This document shows, one piece after another, positions 1 to 16,650 of a stretch of DNA of 64,000 nucleotides. The stretch's first letter is position 1, and each line of letters starts with the position of its first letter. The translations under genes were made by a program, and so were the position numbers. Origin of the DNA: the human T2T-CHM13v2.0 reference genome, Homo sapiens. The notes beneath the pieces are model-generated. The model was not told the origin of the DNA. It searched no databases and saw only the letters and a list, made by a program, of their open reading frames with translations. The stretch is taken from assembly GCA_009914755.4 (NCBI GenBank), contig CP068257.2, forward strand, positions 30,080,001-30,144,000. The letters are read 5' to 3'.

Positions 1-78
1 TCTCAAGACTAAAGGTCAATACACTGTTTTTATGTTTTAGAACTCAATTTTACCTTAGGGCATGAGGGAAAGCTTTAA

Positions 79-504
<426 letters not shown>

Positions 505-514
505 TGATTCTCCC

Positions 515-880
<366 letters not shown>

Positions 881-1295
881 TGAAAGCATCTAAAATAATC
901 AGTGCTTAATAAATGTCTTGGTCTCTAACTCCTACCCCCTCTCACATACACCAATCCCCGACTTTTGTTTCTCTTAATTAAAAATCAATTATACTGCTCA
1001 TTGCTATATCTGTTTTATTTTCCATTTATGCATGGTATATTTTTCTCACTCTAAAACAAAATGAACTTGTTAGTTGTAAATGATTTATTACTGAGTCCTT
1101 ACTTGTGTCTAAAGCAAAGTTGCAATTTATTAATCTTAAATAAAAGAGTTAATTGTCATGGTCACCAATATTGTTTGAGGAATCTCTCAAGAGAAGTATA
1201 TAATGTTGTGGTGATCTAAGATTTTGATTGATTTTCCACAATAATTTGTTAGAATAACAGTAAGTGCACAGGCTCAATAATAACTGCCCGAGAAA

Positions 1296-1465
1296 TCTTG
1301 GCTCTACCACTTGCTACCTATGAGAATTCCTCCATCTGTAAAATGGGGATAACAGTAGTCCCTCCTTATTTAGTTAAGTCTAAGAATTAAATACAAACAA
1401 TACATACAAAAGCACTTAGAGCAACACCTAGCACAGAGTAAATACACAATAGATATTAATGAGTA
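1296..1465 (+). mobile_element. MIR SINE fragment
   Basis: MIR core 'cctccatctgtaaaatggggataa..' and 3' 'agcacttagagcaacacctagcacagagtaaata..' motifs. Confidence 0.55.
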
Positions 1466-1984
1466 CTACACGTAATTCTTTTGAGAAAAAGAGAGAATCC
1501 TGGAGTTAATCCAGAGCAGTGTTTTTCAAACTGTGGGTTGAGATCCAGGAATGAATTACATAATTCCTACTGTGTGTACTGTGGTCAAAAATATGAAGGA
1601 CAACAGCCCAGGGAAAAATTATTTTGTTTTTAGAAATGAGGAAAATAAGGCCCAAAATAACTGCTAGTCACCTTTCAATAATGTGTAGGTTCCTTCAAAC
1701 CATTAATAAATTTCTCATGGGCAAACCGGAGCGGGGGTGGGGTGGGGGGGGGCAGGGAAGAAGCACTGCCATGTCAGAAAAAAACTTCATGTTTTTCAAT
1801 CAAGTTTAGATACACATAAGTATTATACACAGAGTAGACAACAGATTCAAAGATAATTCAGTTACTTATGACCAACATCCAATTTCAGTCAACAAACCTC
1901 AGGAAAAAAGCTATTAGCTTTATATATCAAGTCTAAAAGCCACAAAATTTAATATAATTCCAACAAAATCTACTAGTGAGAAAA

Positions 1985-2125
1985 ACCAGAAATTGTGGTC
2001 TTCTATAGAGAGTGAGAAAGATTTGGTTTTGAATCTGGGTCTGGCCATGCAGATGACTCTGGGCAAATTAATTTCTCTAAGCCATAATGTCCTCATTTGT
2101 AAAAAGGATATACCGATATCTGCTT
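1985..2125 (+). mobile_element. MIR SINE fragment
   Basis: 'gatgactctgggcaaattaatttctctaagcc..cctcatttgtaaaa' resembles MIR 'gtgaccttgggcaagttacttaacctctctg..cctcatctgtaaaatgg'. Confidence 0.45.
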
Positions 2126-3002
2126 GATAGGTATCAGTTTCAGTTAGAACTAAATGAGTTTTTGTATATGGAATGACTCGTACTATGTCACCCCGCAGAG
2201 GACAAGTATTCAATAAACACCGTTAGGTGCAGAGCTCCCCCAACATTATAGCCTGTATTCACAATTAATGTTATCTGTGAATGAATAAAAAGTGTCAAAG
2301 CAGCCAGAGAAAACCATGAAATCCTCCTGCATAAAAATAACAACAGCCCCTCCAAATACAAGACTTCTTTAGAAGGGATAAGCATAGTGGAAAAGAATGC
2401 TACTTGTCAGCAGTAGATATGAGCTTGGCTCTTTGCTTTGTCACTAGCAGAATGACTATGAAAACGTCTAAATATGACCACTGCCCTGCTGCATGACATA
2501 TAGAAGCCTGAGACACAAAATCCTCTAAAAATTATGAAGAATGATTCATCCTGATCCCTCATACCAGTAAAGAGTTTCAAGTGAAGATAAAGAAGAACGA
2601 GGGTATCTGGCCTGTGATACCTGCAGAATTCACAATGTTTAGGGATTAGTCAAAGTAACATGGGTACTCTGCTATTTACCAGTGGCATAAACCTTAACAA
2701 GTTTAGTCAACCTTTCTAAACTCCAAGGATTTTTAAAATCTGAAAAACAGGAATTAATGGGCTCACCTCACCACATTGTTAGGATTAAATAGGATAATGT
2801 ATGTAAATCTCTTAGCCCAGTACCTAACACATAAGTGCTGAGTAAATGGAGCAAAACAATGTGAAGATAACTAGTATTTCCTCTCTGTTCTTTAACTATT
2901 AGCCAAATGATAAGGTTTCCAGATGATCCTGGTTAATTCCCTTTAAGTATGGTATCCTCAAATGGACAGGGTCCGGACGTAGTCCTGCACTGTGAATTGG
3001 CT

Positions 3003-3470
3003 TTTGTATTAGTTTCCTATTTCTGTAGTAAGAAATTACCACAAATTTACTGGCTTAAAGCAACACAAATTACACTTTTGAGGTCAGAATCTCACCAGCA
3101 TCAGCAAGGCGACATTCCTTGTAAAGGCTCTAGGGAAGAATCTATTTCTTGTCTAATCTTGCTTCTACAGGGTGCCTACATTCTTTTGGCTCATGGCCTC
3201 TTCTTCCATCTTCAAAGCCAGCAGTATAGCATCTTCTCCTTCTATCTCTTCTGTTGTTTTATTTCCTTCTTTGACTCCTACCTCTCTAGTATAAGGACCC
3301 TTATGATTACACCGGGCCCACCCAGATAATCCAGGATAATTAACCCGTCTCAACATTCTTAACCTTATTCACATCCCCAGTCTCTTTTGCCTTGCAAGGT
3401 AATATATTTACAGGTTTTAGAATTAGATTATGAACATCTTTGGAGAAGGGGGCATTATTTATTACCTAAA
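3003..3470 (+). repeat. ancient interspersed repeat (family not assigned from memory)
   Basis: 'gtattagtttcct..gtagtaagaaattaccacaaatttactggcttaaagcaacacaaatt..gaaggctctagggaagaatc' matches a common mammalian repeat consensus; carries a spurious 126-aa ORF. Confidence 0.4.
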
Positions 3471-5814
3471 AAAAATAGGGCTTAATTCATTAACTCCAAT
3501 TTGTAATCATCTGAAATCTTCAGGCTGCTTTCACCAGAATTCCCATCAAAACTAGATCTTCACATTGACTTTGTGTTGGTTTCTAACAGACCTTTCAACC
3601 TATTTAGCAAGTCTAGAAGTGATTTTCTGCTATTTGATGTAGCTCCAGCTATTCCAATCAGCTTGTAAATTTCATGAACTCATTTGGTATGCTTTCCTCC
3701 AAGTCAATGTTTTCTAAAAATTAAAATAGGACCTATTTGAAAGATGACCTTAACTGATATTCCTTGGGTATTTATAACCAGTCAGCTAAAATCCACTTAG
3801 CAATACTGTCATCCTGCCCATATTTTTCTAATTCATTCATAATGCAATCATATACAATACCTTTCTGAAATATTTGGTATATAGTTTTCACTAGACATAA
3901 CATACTTTACAAATGGTAGTCTGTTATAAATTGTTAGTGAATCTGTTCTGGCTCTTAGTGACTAGCAATTTCTAAAATTAATAAAAACTGGCAGACAAAA
4001 GTAAACTGGCCCAGAGTCTACAATTTCTAAAGTATGCTTTTTCCTACTTTTTGAAATAAAGTTGCCGAGGCAATAAGAATTAGAAGACTATATACTAATC
4101 TAAGCCATCTTTTTAAAACTTAAATCTCTCAAGCAATATTTCTTTCTGAATCTTTCTCAATGGGATATTTATCCCTTTCTTTTCGAAACCTAAACTTTAA
4201 AAAATGTATTTTCCTAAATTTACTTTGTAACGGATTACACTGATTATTTCCAGTATTCCTTCCTTTGGTAGTATGACCTCCAAGATGACAAAGCAATTTT
4301 CCCTTAAGCTCCTATTACTATGTGAAGTTGAATTTAAAGAAAAAATAGAAATGTTTCCTAAAAGAAATACATATATACTCACAATGACAGGCTAGTATTC
4401 AAATCTCCTTCCTGTTAGATGCAAATATCAAAGCATTTAGTTCTACAGTCTTTCCTCCTCTTTCATACTCAACTTAATATATCAAAGACACTGTCTTAAA
4501 CCAAATAGTTAAATCCAACACAACTTTTATGTTTATTAGCAACACATAGACACTGTATAACAAAGCACACGCTAAATTTCTTAACAAAAGATAATTTTAA
4601 ACAAGTTTTAAAATCATCTTTCCTGTAAAGATGCTTTATCCATCTAATTTAAACCTGAAGACAACTCCATAAAACACTACTGCTAGAACAACTAGGTAAG
4701 GGATCATGTACAGTCCTTTTCTTAACCTGGTATTTCATCTTATGCCTTCAATATATAATTTACTAAATGTGTGTCTGGGTTAATACTTTTTTAATATCAG
4801 GTAATATAATGGGGCGAGGAAAGAAAGCCAATCACATGTTAAACAAGTACCACTATGTCACTTTACCTGAAAGCAGAATACTGTGTATGAGTTAATCAAT
4901 GGTACATACACACAGTAAGAGGTACAATGAAACTGAAAAATGTACAGAAGCAATTCATTTAACAAACAAAATCCCAATATCTAATTAACAAACACAGGAA
5001 AAAGTGTTCAACCATACCAATCAATAATCAAAGTACAAATTAATACAAGGAGATAAAATTCTTACATTATCCAACGGACATGCATGTGGACTAGCATAAA
5101 GCAAAAAGAGTACTGGGCTGGTGAGATCTAATGGACGAGTTTTAATTCCGAAGAGAAATTTAAAACTATAAAACAAGAACTAAAAAATGTCCATACCTTT
5201 TGAACCAGTAATTCTACTTCTAGAAATTTATCTAAGGCAATTATTAGATATTCTCAAATTTTCCACAATAATTATTGAGAAAATGACAGAGAATTTCATG
5301 CTATTAAAAAGATCTGGTAACTACATAAAAAATTCCAAACACAAGTGGAGGAGAAAAAAAGACAAAGGAAATACTCTAAAATGCTAATGGTGTTTGATGG
5401 GATTGTTTTATCTACTAATTCAAATTTATCTAACTTGCATTAATTTTTAAATGAAAACAATTAAATTCATGGATTTAAAAATGAACTTTAATTTGTATCT
5501 GTCTGAGATACATCTTTGTTCAACTTTTGATTATAAATATAACTAAGTGATAAAGAAATATGGTTATACAGAATCACCATTATCACATAACTTGTCCACA
5601 GAGTAAATCTTGTCTTTGAAGCTCAGTTACTATGTTTAAATCAGTAACTTGCAAATCTTTAATAAAGCCTTTCAAAATTAGTAAATTTTTAAATTAAAAA
5701 ATTAAATTAAAAACACCCCTCCCCCCACAAATCCTTACAATAACTGAAGCCCTGTGGATAAAATGAACAACATACACTGTGCAAAAAAAAAAAAATTTTT
5801 GGGAAACTGCTGCC

Positions 5815-5869
<55 letters not shown>

Positions 5870-5886
5870 TATATACACATATATAC

Positions 5887-5942
<56 letters not shown>
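5815..5942. repeat. compound microsatellite (TA)n(CA)n(TATACACA)n(CA)n
   Basis: direct reading 'atatatatatatatatacacacacac..catatacacatatatacac..(ca)n..atatat'; gives the repetitive CVCVCV/HTHTHT ORFs in the track. Confidence 0.95.
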
Positions 5943-6233
<291 letters not shown>

Positions 6234-6457
6234 TATATTTTTTTCAACATCTCTTCATTAAAGAAAGTGTCCCTTTAATTATTGATATACAGCTTACTTC
6301 CATATAAATTCCACTTGCTTGTCACAGACTCAAACCTTTTGAAACCTAAACATTTAACCACTTTTCCACTTGCTTAGAGGAAGGTATGAAAACAAGATAA
6401 ATCTGGCATTGTCAATATGAAATACTCCTAAGGTAGAGAAAATTTACAAAGCTTTTT

Positions 6458-6578
6458 CTTTTTGGTACAGATGGGATTTTGCCATGTTAGCCAGGATGGT
6501 TTCGAACTCCTGGTCTCAAGGGATTTGCCAGTCTCAGCCTCCCAAAGTACTGGGATTACAGGCGTGAGCCACCTCATC
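6458..6578 (-). mobile_element. free left Alu monomer-like element (FLAM-type)
   Basis: only ~120 bp: T-tail plus reverse complement of the Alu left arm ('..ccaggatggtttcgaactcctggtctcaag..cctcccaaagtactgggattacaggcgtgagccacc'); TSD 'aaagcttttt' at 6447-6456 and 6589-6598. Confidence 0.6.
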
Positions 6579-6996
6579 CCACCCCGAAAAGCTTTTTAAA
6601 ACAAATAGGGGAAAGATGCTCTACCATTTTCCTGCTCCGACTGAGCAGAGTCTTGTTTGAATGTAAACATTACAAAACAGTTCCATCTACTTCTGTACAA
6701 AATTTACTCTTCAGATTTCAAGAGATTCCAAACCAGGTACTTTCATAAGCAACAAAACCGCACATAATATTCAAATTCAAAATTTTCATACTTACTTCTT
6801 CCTAAATTTCTTTACTATACCATATTCTCCTCCACAATCTTGTTGACTTTTCTTCTAGTTCCGGAATTTAAAGAAATGTTTTACCAAATAAACACATGGA
6901 ATTGCTAAATTACATTTAATAATAAATATAACACCATTTTTAGGTTAACTACTTATATTTCTATGTGCAGTAAGAACATTAAGAAAACAGAATATA

Positions 6997-7310
6997 GGTG
7001 GGGCACGGTGGCTCATGCCCGTAATCCCAGCACTTCGGGAGGCCGAGGTAGACAGATCGCCTGAGGTCAGGAGTTTGAGACCAGCCTGATCAACATGGAG
7101 AAACCCCATCTCTACTAAACATACAAAATTAGCCGGGCGTGGTGGCACATGCCTGTAATCCCAGCTACTCAAGAGGCTGAGCCAGGAGAATCACTTGAAC
7201 CCTAGAGGTGGAGATTGCGGTCAGCCAAGATCACGCCATCGCACTCTAGCCTGGGCAACAAGAACGAAACTCTGTCCCAAAAAAAAACAAAAAACAAAAA
7301 ACAAAAAAAA
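6997..7310 (+). mobile_element. Alu SINE
   Basis: 'ggtggggcacggtggctcatgcccgtaatcccagcacttcgggaggccgagg..' through A-rich tail (caaaaa)n; TSD 'acagaatata'. Confidence 0.9.
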
Positions 7311-7438
7311 CACAACAGAATATAATACACAATGGTTTAAACTTCATCTGCATTATTTTTCACTCTTTAATTGTACCATCGAGCCCTTATTCTATTACCA
7401 TTTACTCCGGGCAGAACTAATTTTCTAAGTATTAATAG

Positions 7439-7837
<399 letters not shown>

Positions 7838-8569
7838 TAGCCTTCACTCAAACTTTCCACTTTTAGAATCAAGGCTGTATACCTCACCAGGGTTTTTAAC
7901 CCTATTGGTTCCAGCTTATCACATTAGGTCATTTTCCAAATGTACTTCCCAAATCAATCCACAACTTCTTCCTTTTCACTTGCTTGAAAGACAGGCCAGG
8001 AGGTGATTTTAGGAAATGCCAAATGTTTTATCCATGCCAGTGCTCTCCTTTAGCAGTACAGGTGCCATACCTCAGCATCACATTTACTGTGCCTCACTAA
8101 TGAACTTCTGGTCTCCCTCCCCTCACAGTTGGCTATTAAAACATTTTTGTGAATTAAACACTTCTTCCTAGACATCAATACAAGAAATAAAAATTGATTC
8201 CAGGACATAAAATCATTTAATTAGAAAACAATATTAATGCTAGCATTTATAAAATCCTTAATGAGTTAAAATTTTTAATGGAGTATAAACTGGTAAAAAG
8301 AATAGACATCTTTAGTTTTAAATGCTGATTACATTTACTGCATTACTGTGGATGGCTCAAAAACTTAACCAAACCTTGTTATTCTTAAACTGTGACAAGT
8401 CCTTCCAAAAGTACACATTATTTTGATAGTTATCACTTGCTACCATGCTTCAGACGTATAAAAGCTGTTCACTGAGTCTTCTCCCCACATAAATGGTCCA
8501 TTAGATAAGGACTCACTGCTCAAAAACTTCACAGCAGCCATGTGGGGCTGTGGACTAGACTCAGATGGG

Positions 8570-8700
8570 CTCTTCAAAGGACTGTGTCAAATCTCAGAAC
8601 TGTTACTTTTACACTGTGTGACCTCAGACCATTCGCCAAACTTCTCTAGTTTCCTTACCTTTAAAATGGAAAGAATGCAAAGACATGTACACAACACCTA
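8570..8700 (+). mobile_element. MIR SINE fragment
   Basis: 'cactgtgtgacctcagac..cttctctagtttccttacctttaaaatgg' parallels the MIR core. Confidence 0.4.
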
Positions 8701-9712
8701 ACTCATTAGCCAGCACCTGGTTATTTAATGGGCAAATGCAGGATTCTTTTCTTGTCCTTCCCTTAAACTGTTCCCACTGGATTACTCCTTAAAATAGTAC
8801 GTCAAAACTAAACCTATCCTTTGAACAAACTTAGGATTCGGGATCAACAAAATAATTTACAGAGCCATGCAGAGGCCGCTAGATAGTTTTCATCTTGACA
8901 GAAAATCAGATAAGGCAAGTAAACAACAAAATGGTTATGATATAACCTGACATTTCTGTGTATTTTACAACAGCTTTGTGATATAAATCACATACCATAA
9001 AAATCCATCCATTTAAAATGGACAATTCAATGGTTTTTGATATATTCAAGAGTTGTGCACCCATCAACACTTTATAGAGTATTTTCATCACCCCCAAAAC
9101 AAATCCCATCCCCATTACCAGTCACTCTCCATTCCTCCTTTTGCTGTCTGCCAGCCAATAATCTACTTTCTGTCTCTACGGGTTTGCTTTATAAAATATA
9201 TCCCTATATTTGTTAAAATAGATAGTGGTAAAAGACCTTCATAAAGATTTGGACTTATTTCAACTGATCCCTAAACTTGGCTGCCCTATCTAAAGTGATT
9301 TAACATTCAGCATCTTTTAATCAATGTAAACTAAGTCATGTATGGCCATTAAAGTTTAAAGACTATTATATATTTCTTAAAGGCTTTAAAACGGATATCA
9401 CAGTAATTTTCGGTATTACAGGTTTCCTTTAAGCAGGGTATTATAATTCTACTTTAACTGAAAGTCAAAAGGAGGAAATATAGAGGAACACTCATGACAG
9501 AATGCATTAAGATATACTGGGCATATTGCAGAGGGAGACTTTACAGACTAGTGGATTGGTCAACTATTGCTCTTTAATGCAACTGCATACCTAGAGTGAG
9601 GCAAGAGGAGCAGTCCACCCAGGTGCAGGCAGTAAGTGGGTGAACTATCAAGACTAAATAAAACAGCAAGACTTTGATTTTGTTCTTTTATTAACATCAA
9701 GCAAGAGCAATT

Positions 9713-10024
<312 letters not shown>

Positions 10025-10662
10025 TAAAAAACCCAGGGATAAAATATATCGCCCCCAAAATATTTTGGCAATACTCTTTAAGTTTTAAGGGGTTGCTGTG
10101 GTTACTGCTGAGTTTTAACAACATAAAAATGTCAAATCTGCACATTTTTATTACATACCCTTTAATAAGCAATCCATCTTAATTGGAAGTTTATTAGGAA
10201 ATCCCCCAGTTATACAGTCAGTTCCCAACACATGCAGATTTGATATACCTGTTCATTTGGAGAGTAAGTACAAAAAGGTTCAGGATAGCTTCAGCTCTCC
10301 TCAGGCTCAGCATGACTCCAATCCTATTGTACCTATATACATTCCTCTGTTTAAATAGTATATTCAAAATTATAGCTGTGTCCAATTTTTCTGAGATAAA
10401 TTTTTTCTGGCATAAATATTTACAAACAACCAGAATCGGCCTCAAACAAATATAGAGATAAATAAAACTTTAAAAGTGAAGACCTGTGAACAAAAATTAT
10501 AGAGATGCCATCACTAAGCAACAAAGTACAAGGAAGCTGTACTTCCTTGTACGTGAATATCAAAAGTGGTTATCAAATATAATAGACATTTACATTGAAT
10601 TTTTAGGTGATAACCATTTCAGTAAAATTTTGACTGAGGCATTTCAAAGTCATTACACTCAA

Positions 10663-10949
<287 letters not shown>

Positions 10950-11240
10950 GTCATTACACTCAATGCTGAAAAAAATACATGGATAGTATTGTGATTTCTA
11001 GAATTTATTGTGAAGTATGCTTATAAATCGCTGCCAAACACAGTATGATGTTTAAAACTTCCTATTTGTGTATGTGTTGCTGTATGTACAACATTTTGTA
11101 ATTAAAATTAATTAAAAGTGCTCTTAACTGTAGGTGAAAACAGATGAATAAATCTGGTTGTAACTGTCTACCGAACACAAATATGTGAAGATCAATTTTA
11201 ATAGTCATTGACAAACCTGCCTAAGACTTTTAAAGATAGT

Positions 11241-11488
11241 GGCCAGCCTGGCCAACATGGTGAAACGCCGTCCCTACTTAAAATACAAAAATTGGCCGGG
11301 CCCGGTGGCGTGCACCTGTAATCTCAGCTACTAGGCAGGGCTGAGGCAGGAGAATTGCTTGAACCCAGGAAACGGAGGTTGCTATGTGCCAAGATCATGC
11401 CACTGCACTCCAGCCTGGGTGACAGAGCAACACTCCGTCTCAAAAAAAACAAAACAAAACAAACAAAACAAAAAACAAAACAAAAAAT
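11241..11488 (+). mobile_element. 5'-truncated Alu SINE
   Basis: starts inside left arm 'ggccagcctggccaacatggtgaaac..' and runs through the right arm to an (caaaa)n tail. Confidence 0.85.
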
Positions 11489-11598
11489 CCTGTAACATTT
11501 GTATTCATTATTGTGACATATCAGTATGCAGATAAGTTTTTCCACTATTTCAAAAAACATATATTAATGCAATTTAAAAGTCTGGTATGATTTATATG

Positions 11599-11642
11599 AT
11601 GTGTGTGTGTGTGTGTGTGTGCGCGCGCGCGCGCGCGCGCAC
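11599..11642. repeat. (GT)11(GC)10 alternating purine-pyrimidine microsatellite
   Basis: 'tgtgtgtgtgtgtgtgtgtgtgcgcgcgcgcgcgcgcgcgcac' read directly. Confidence 0.95.
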
Positions 11643-14041
11643 ATACAGTTCAAGTTTTCTTTCTGGCCATTTCCATTACTCATTTCATGATTATTTCTGA
11701 AAATAATTTTGCTATACAAAAAGGGTGTGTTTTAAAAAAATCTGCTCTGGATGTCAAATATGCCAGCTATACCACTGCTCTCCGGTCTCTTCCAACTGGG
11801 ATTATTGACCCACATGGATTTACACCAAGAATCATCAATTACCCAAACATAAATTATAACTTTCAAGAGGTATTTGGATGGCCATCCACCTTTCACTGAG
11901 CCCTGCTGTTCTCCTCTACCCCCTAGTAAAAACCCGGGCTTCTAATTCTTAACTCCACTGCTGAGTTACACTGGTTTTCTTCCTGAATTTACTACTAATC
12001 TGGTACAGTGCACTTTACTGGAATATAGGGTTTCTGTATACTTACTTATCTATGTCTTAAAAAGCACCAATAAAAAGCTCAAACTACTCAGCAATGAAAT
12101 GTAATCAATAAACGATGCAAATATTGAACAGAATGAAGGTGATCAGGGTATAATAAATTATAATATTGTTTGTAAAATCTCTTGTAGTTCTCAAAATCAC
12201 AGCAGCACAGTATTAATTACACTTAATATTAACACAGAAATGTAGACATGTCTCTCCTAAGCTCTCAACAGATCCTGGTAAGGCCTCTTCTAACGCAAAT
12301 TTAACTATTACCCACCTCTATATTTTCTGTGGTTTGACAGAAACATAATACTAATTAATATACCAATGTTACCAAAATTTTGAACTGTTAATAGGTAAGC
12401 TGCTTATTCTGCTATATACCTGACAACACAGTGTAGTTTTCAGCTTATCATGAAAGTTGTATGCTGTTGCTCTGAAGTGTGCTAAAAAAGGATTTGGCAT
12501 ATTGTCTCAACAAATGTTATGAATAACACTAAAGGTTCATTACTGATGTAACATTTTTTCCCTACTATGTTATCAAGGTGTATTTCAAATGAGATTTGAG
12601 TGTGCGCAGATATGTACAAAAAAGTTACTTCCAATTCTGAAGTAAATTATATTTGTTCGTGCCCCATGACACAGAACAACCTACAATTTTTACAGTGGCT
12701 TCGTATGTGGTAAAGAAAACAAACAAAAAAAAACTACCAATTGTGTCATCTCTCTAGTAGGTACAGTTTTAACCTGAATTCTGTTTCACAAGGTTTAGAA
12801 ACCAACTTTTCCATTATTCTAATTGCTCTCTGAATCAATTCCTCATGTGTTCATGTAATTTTTTCTGAAACAGAATACTAGACAAAATGATAGACTAGGG
12901 AGGGAAATACTTACAACAAGAACATCAGTGATAAACCCCGCTACAGAAAGCTCTGAAGAATCACTTTATCGCAATCACTATAAAGCCAGACCAATACCCT
13001 TGTCAGAAACTAAGAATTCCCTGGGTCAAGAAAGTAGAGAAAGAAAACACTGTATAACCAACTTTCAACATTCAAAAACTCCTGGGATAACAGCACAACA
13101 TGGTCAACTTTTGCAAGGGAAATCTCCAATTTTACTGCCAATAATCGACCTGGTCCTCTACATCTTTTCCATACAGTAAAGAACTTTGAACCCTCTGTCT
13201 ACATGTCTTTAGATAAACGTCTCAGAAATGATCAAACCCCAAACATTAACACTACAGGTTAAAAAAAAAATACTTAATAAGGCATCCCCATCAGATGAAC
13301 TAAATTCTAGAAGACAATCATCCCTAGTAATCAACAATAGTCATACAGAACAATTTACAGTAAGAGAAGGGAGTACCAAGCTCCCACTAAGATGTAAAAC
13401 TCAACTCTTCCTTCAGAATAACATGATTGACAGCCCAACTGGATAAGTGTACCAATGTCAATTCGTACATTAAGTATTCATAAAGCCTAATTTATGTCCA
13501 ATTTTAAAGATAACCATGAATATACAAGTACTCGCATTTTTTTTCTGTACTGCAAAGTAGCATTATATGCATACCACCTCAGCACTGCAGTTCTCAAAGA
13601 GTAATCCAAGGACCTCTGAGAGGTCTTTGAGTCCCTTTCCGTGGTTTGAGGTCAGAACTGTTTTCATATGAATACTAAGATAGTTCTTGCCTTTTTGTTC
13701 GTTTTCTCAGAAGTATGTAGCAGTATATTCCAGAGGCTACCTGATGTGTGTTACTGCAACAGACTGAATGAAAAAGTGGAATGAGGATCCAGGTTTTATT
13801 AAACCAAAGTTTAAATGACGTGCAAAAATGCAAAATGATGTCACTCTTTATTAATTTTTTTGTTTTAGAAACGTTACTTTTCATTAAAAATGTTATTTAT
13901 ATTAACATATTGTAATAAGTTTATTGTTATTTTTAGTAAATTAATAAACACTTGCATTTCTCAGTTTAAATTTCTAATATGGTAAATATCAATAAATATA
14001 ATAACCAATAGATAGATACAAAAGCTCTCTGTGGCCCTTAA

Positions 14042-14336
<295 letters not shown>

Positions 14337-14370
14337 GGTGGCCCTTAACCTTTAAGAATTTAAAAGGATC

Positions 14371-14673
14371 TAGCCAGGCATGGTGGCTCATGCCTGCAAT
14401 CCCAGTACTTTCAGGGGGCTAAGGTGGGCTAATCACTTGAGCTCAGAGGCTTGAGACCAGCATGGGCAACAGAGCCAAACCCCGTGTCTACCGAAAAAAA
14501 TTGAAAAATTAGCCAGGCATGGTGGCAGAGGTTTGTGGTCCCAGCTACTTGGGAGGCTGAGACAGGAGGATGGCTTGAGCCCAGGAGGCGGAGGTTGCAA
14601 TGGGTGGAGTTTGTGCCACTGCCCTCTAGTCTGGGCCACAGAGCCAGACCCTGTCTCAAAAAACAAATAAATG
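14371..14673 (+). mobile_element. Alu SINE (older, diverged)
   Basis: 'agccaggcatggtggctcatgcctgcaatcccagtactttcaggg..' through 'ctgtctcaaaaaacaaataaat'. Confidence 0.85.
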
Positions 14674-15024
14674 GGTCTAAAACCAAAAAGTTTGAGAACA
14701 GCTGTCCTACAGAAATTCCTACACATGCGCACCAGGAGACATGTTTGAAAAGTTCATTGCAGCCTGTCAGCAAAATATTAACTAATCTTAATAGACAGTA
14801 TTAATATTTGAGCAAACAAAAAAAGCAGGTCAAAGCTGCAGTAAGCCGTGCTGGTGCCACTACACTCCAGTATCAGAGAATATTATATATTGTTTATGGA
14901 CCACAGAGATTAATACTAAATTATTTGATTGCCTCTCCTGCAAGTGGGAGGAGGGTTGGGGTTGGAGTGAGGATGAAAGGAAGACTTTATATTTTATTTG
15001 TAAATTAAAAACACAAAATAGTAA

Positions 15025-15368
<344 letters not shown>

Positions 15369-15504
15369 ACTATTTTTGTACTTCAAATGTCTTAAAACTG
15401 CAGATGATGCAAAAAAAGTGGGAGGGGCAAGATACAATTCTTCAGGATTTAGGCAAGATGGGTTAAAGACTAAAAATACAATCAATGGGTTAAAAAACAC
15501 AATC

Positions 15505-15812
<308 letters not shown>

Positions 15813-16494
15813 CTATTCCACAAACTTTAGCAAATTCTTCACATTCAGAAGTATATAAACTATACAACAGACACCATTAAGTATTAGCCATAATTGATAA
15901 CTGATACTTTTTCACTACCCTTTTCATCTTTCACAACACTTAATACATGTCTTGCCATAAAAATTCTCCAAATATTCTGTTAAATGGGTATCTTTAATAA
16001 CCTCTCTTATCTTCCTTTCCTTCTGTATCAGAGATGGACGTCTTTTACTACTGCTTCTGATTTGTCCCATTTCTCTTATCCATAATTTTGCTTCAAGTTA
16101 GCCATCCCCTCTTGCTGGTAAACTATGCTATTCTACACCCCCTTCCTTGAAAATGCTAAAGCCTCTACTCCCATCTAAAAGACTAGGGATTCAACACTAC
16201 TAACTAAAGCTAAAGACTTATATATATACATATAATACAAACAAACGTACTGCCTATCACCAGTGCCTAGTACATTGTTAACTGCCCTTCCTTCCCTCAT
16301 CCTTAAGCAACATTTCCCTCTAATCCCTCAAAACCAAACCTCTAAAGACTACTTTACACTAGCTACCTCTTATTTCCTTATCTCCCATCACCATTCAACC
16401 CTAAACCTCAAATCCTGTTATCCTCAAACATTTCAGTGGCCAAGTCCCCTCATACTATACAAAATATTATCTTTGGACACAATTAAATTGGAGA

Positions 16495-16650
16495 GATCCC
16501 AATTCAAATCCTAGTTCTGCCATTAACTAGCAATATGCCCTTAGGGGAGTTACTATTTATTATAATTTCTTGGAAAATCAGTTTCCTCATCTGTAATTGG
16601 ACGTCTATGCAGGGTTGTGGGAATACATATTAAATTAGATATGTGTACAT
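16495..16650 (+). mobile_element. MIR SINE fragment
   Basis: 'caaatcctagttctgccattaactagc..cagtttcctcatctgtaattgg' follows the MIR core. Confidence 0.45.
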
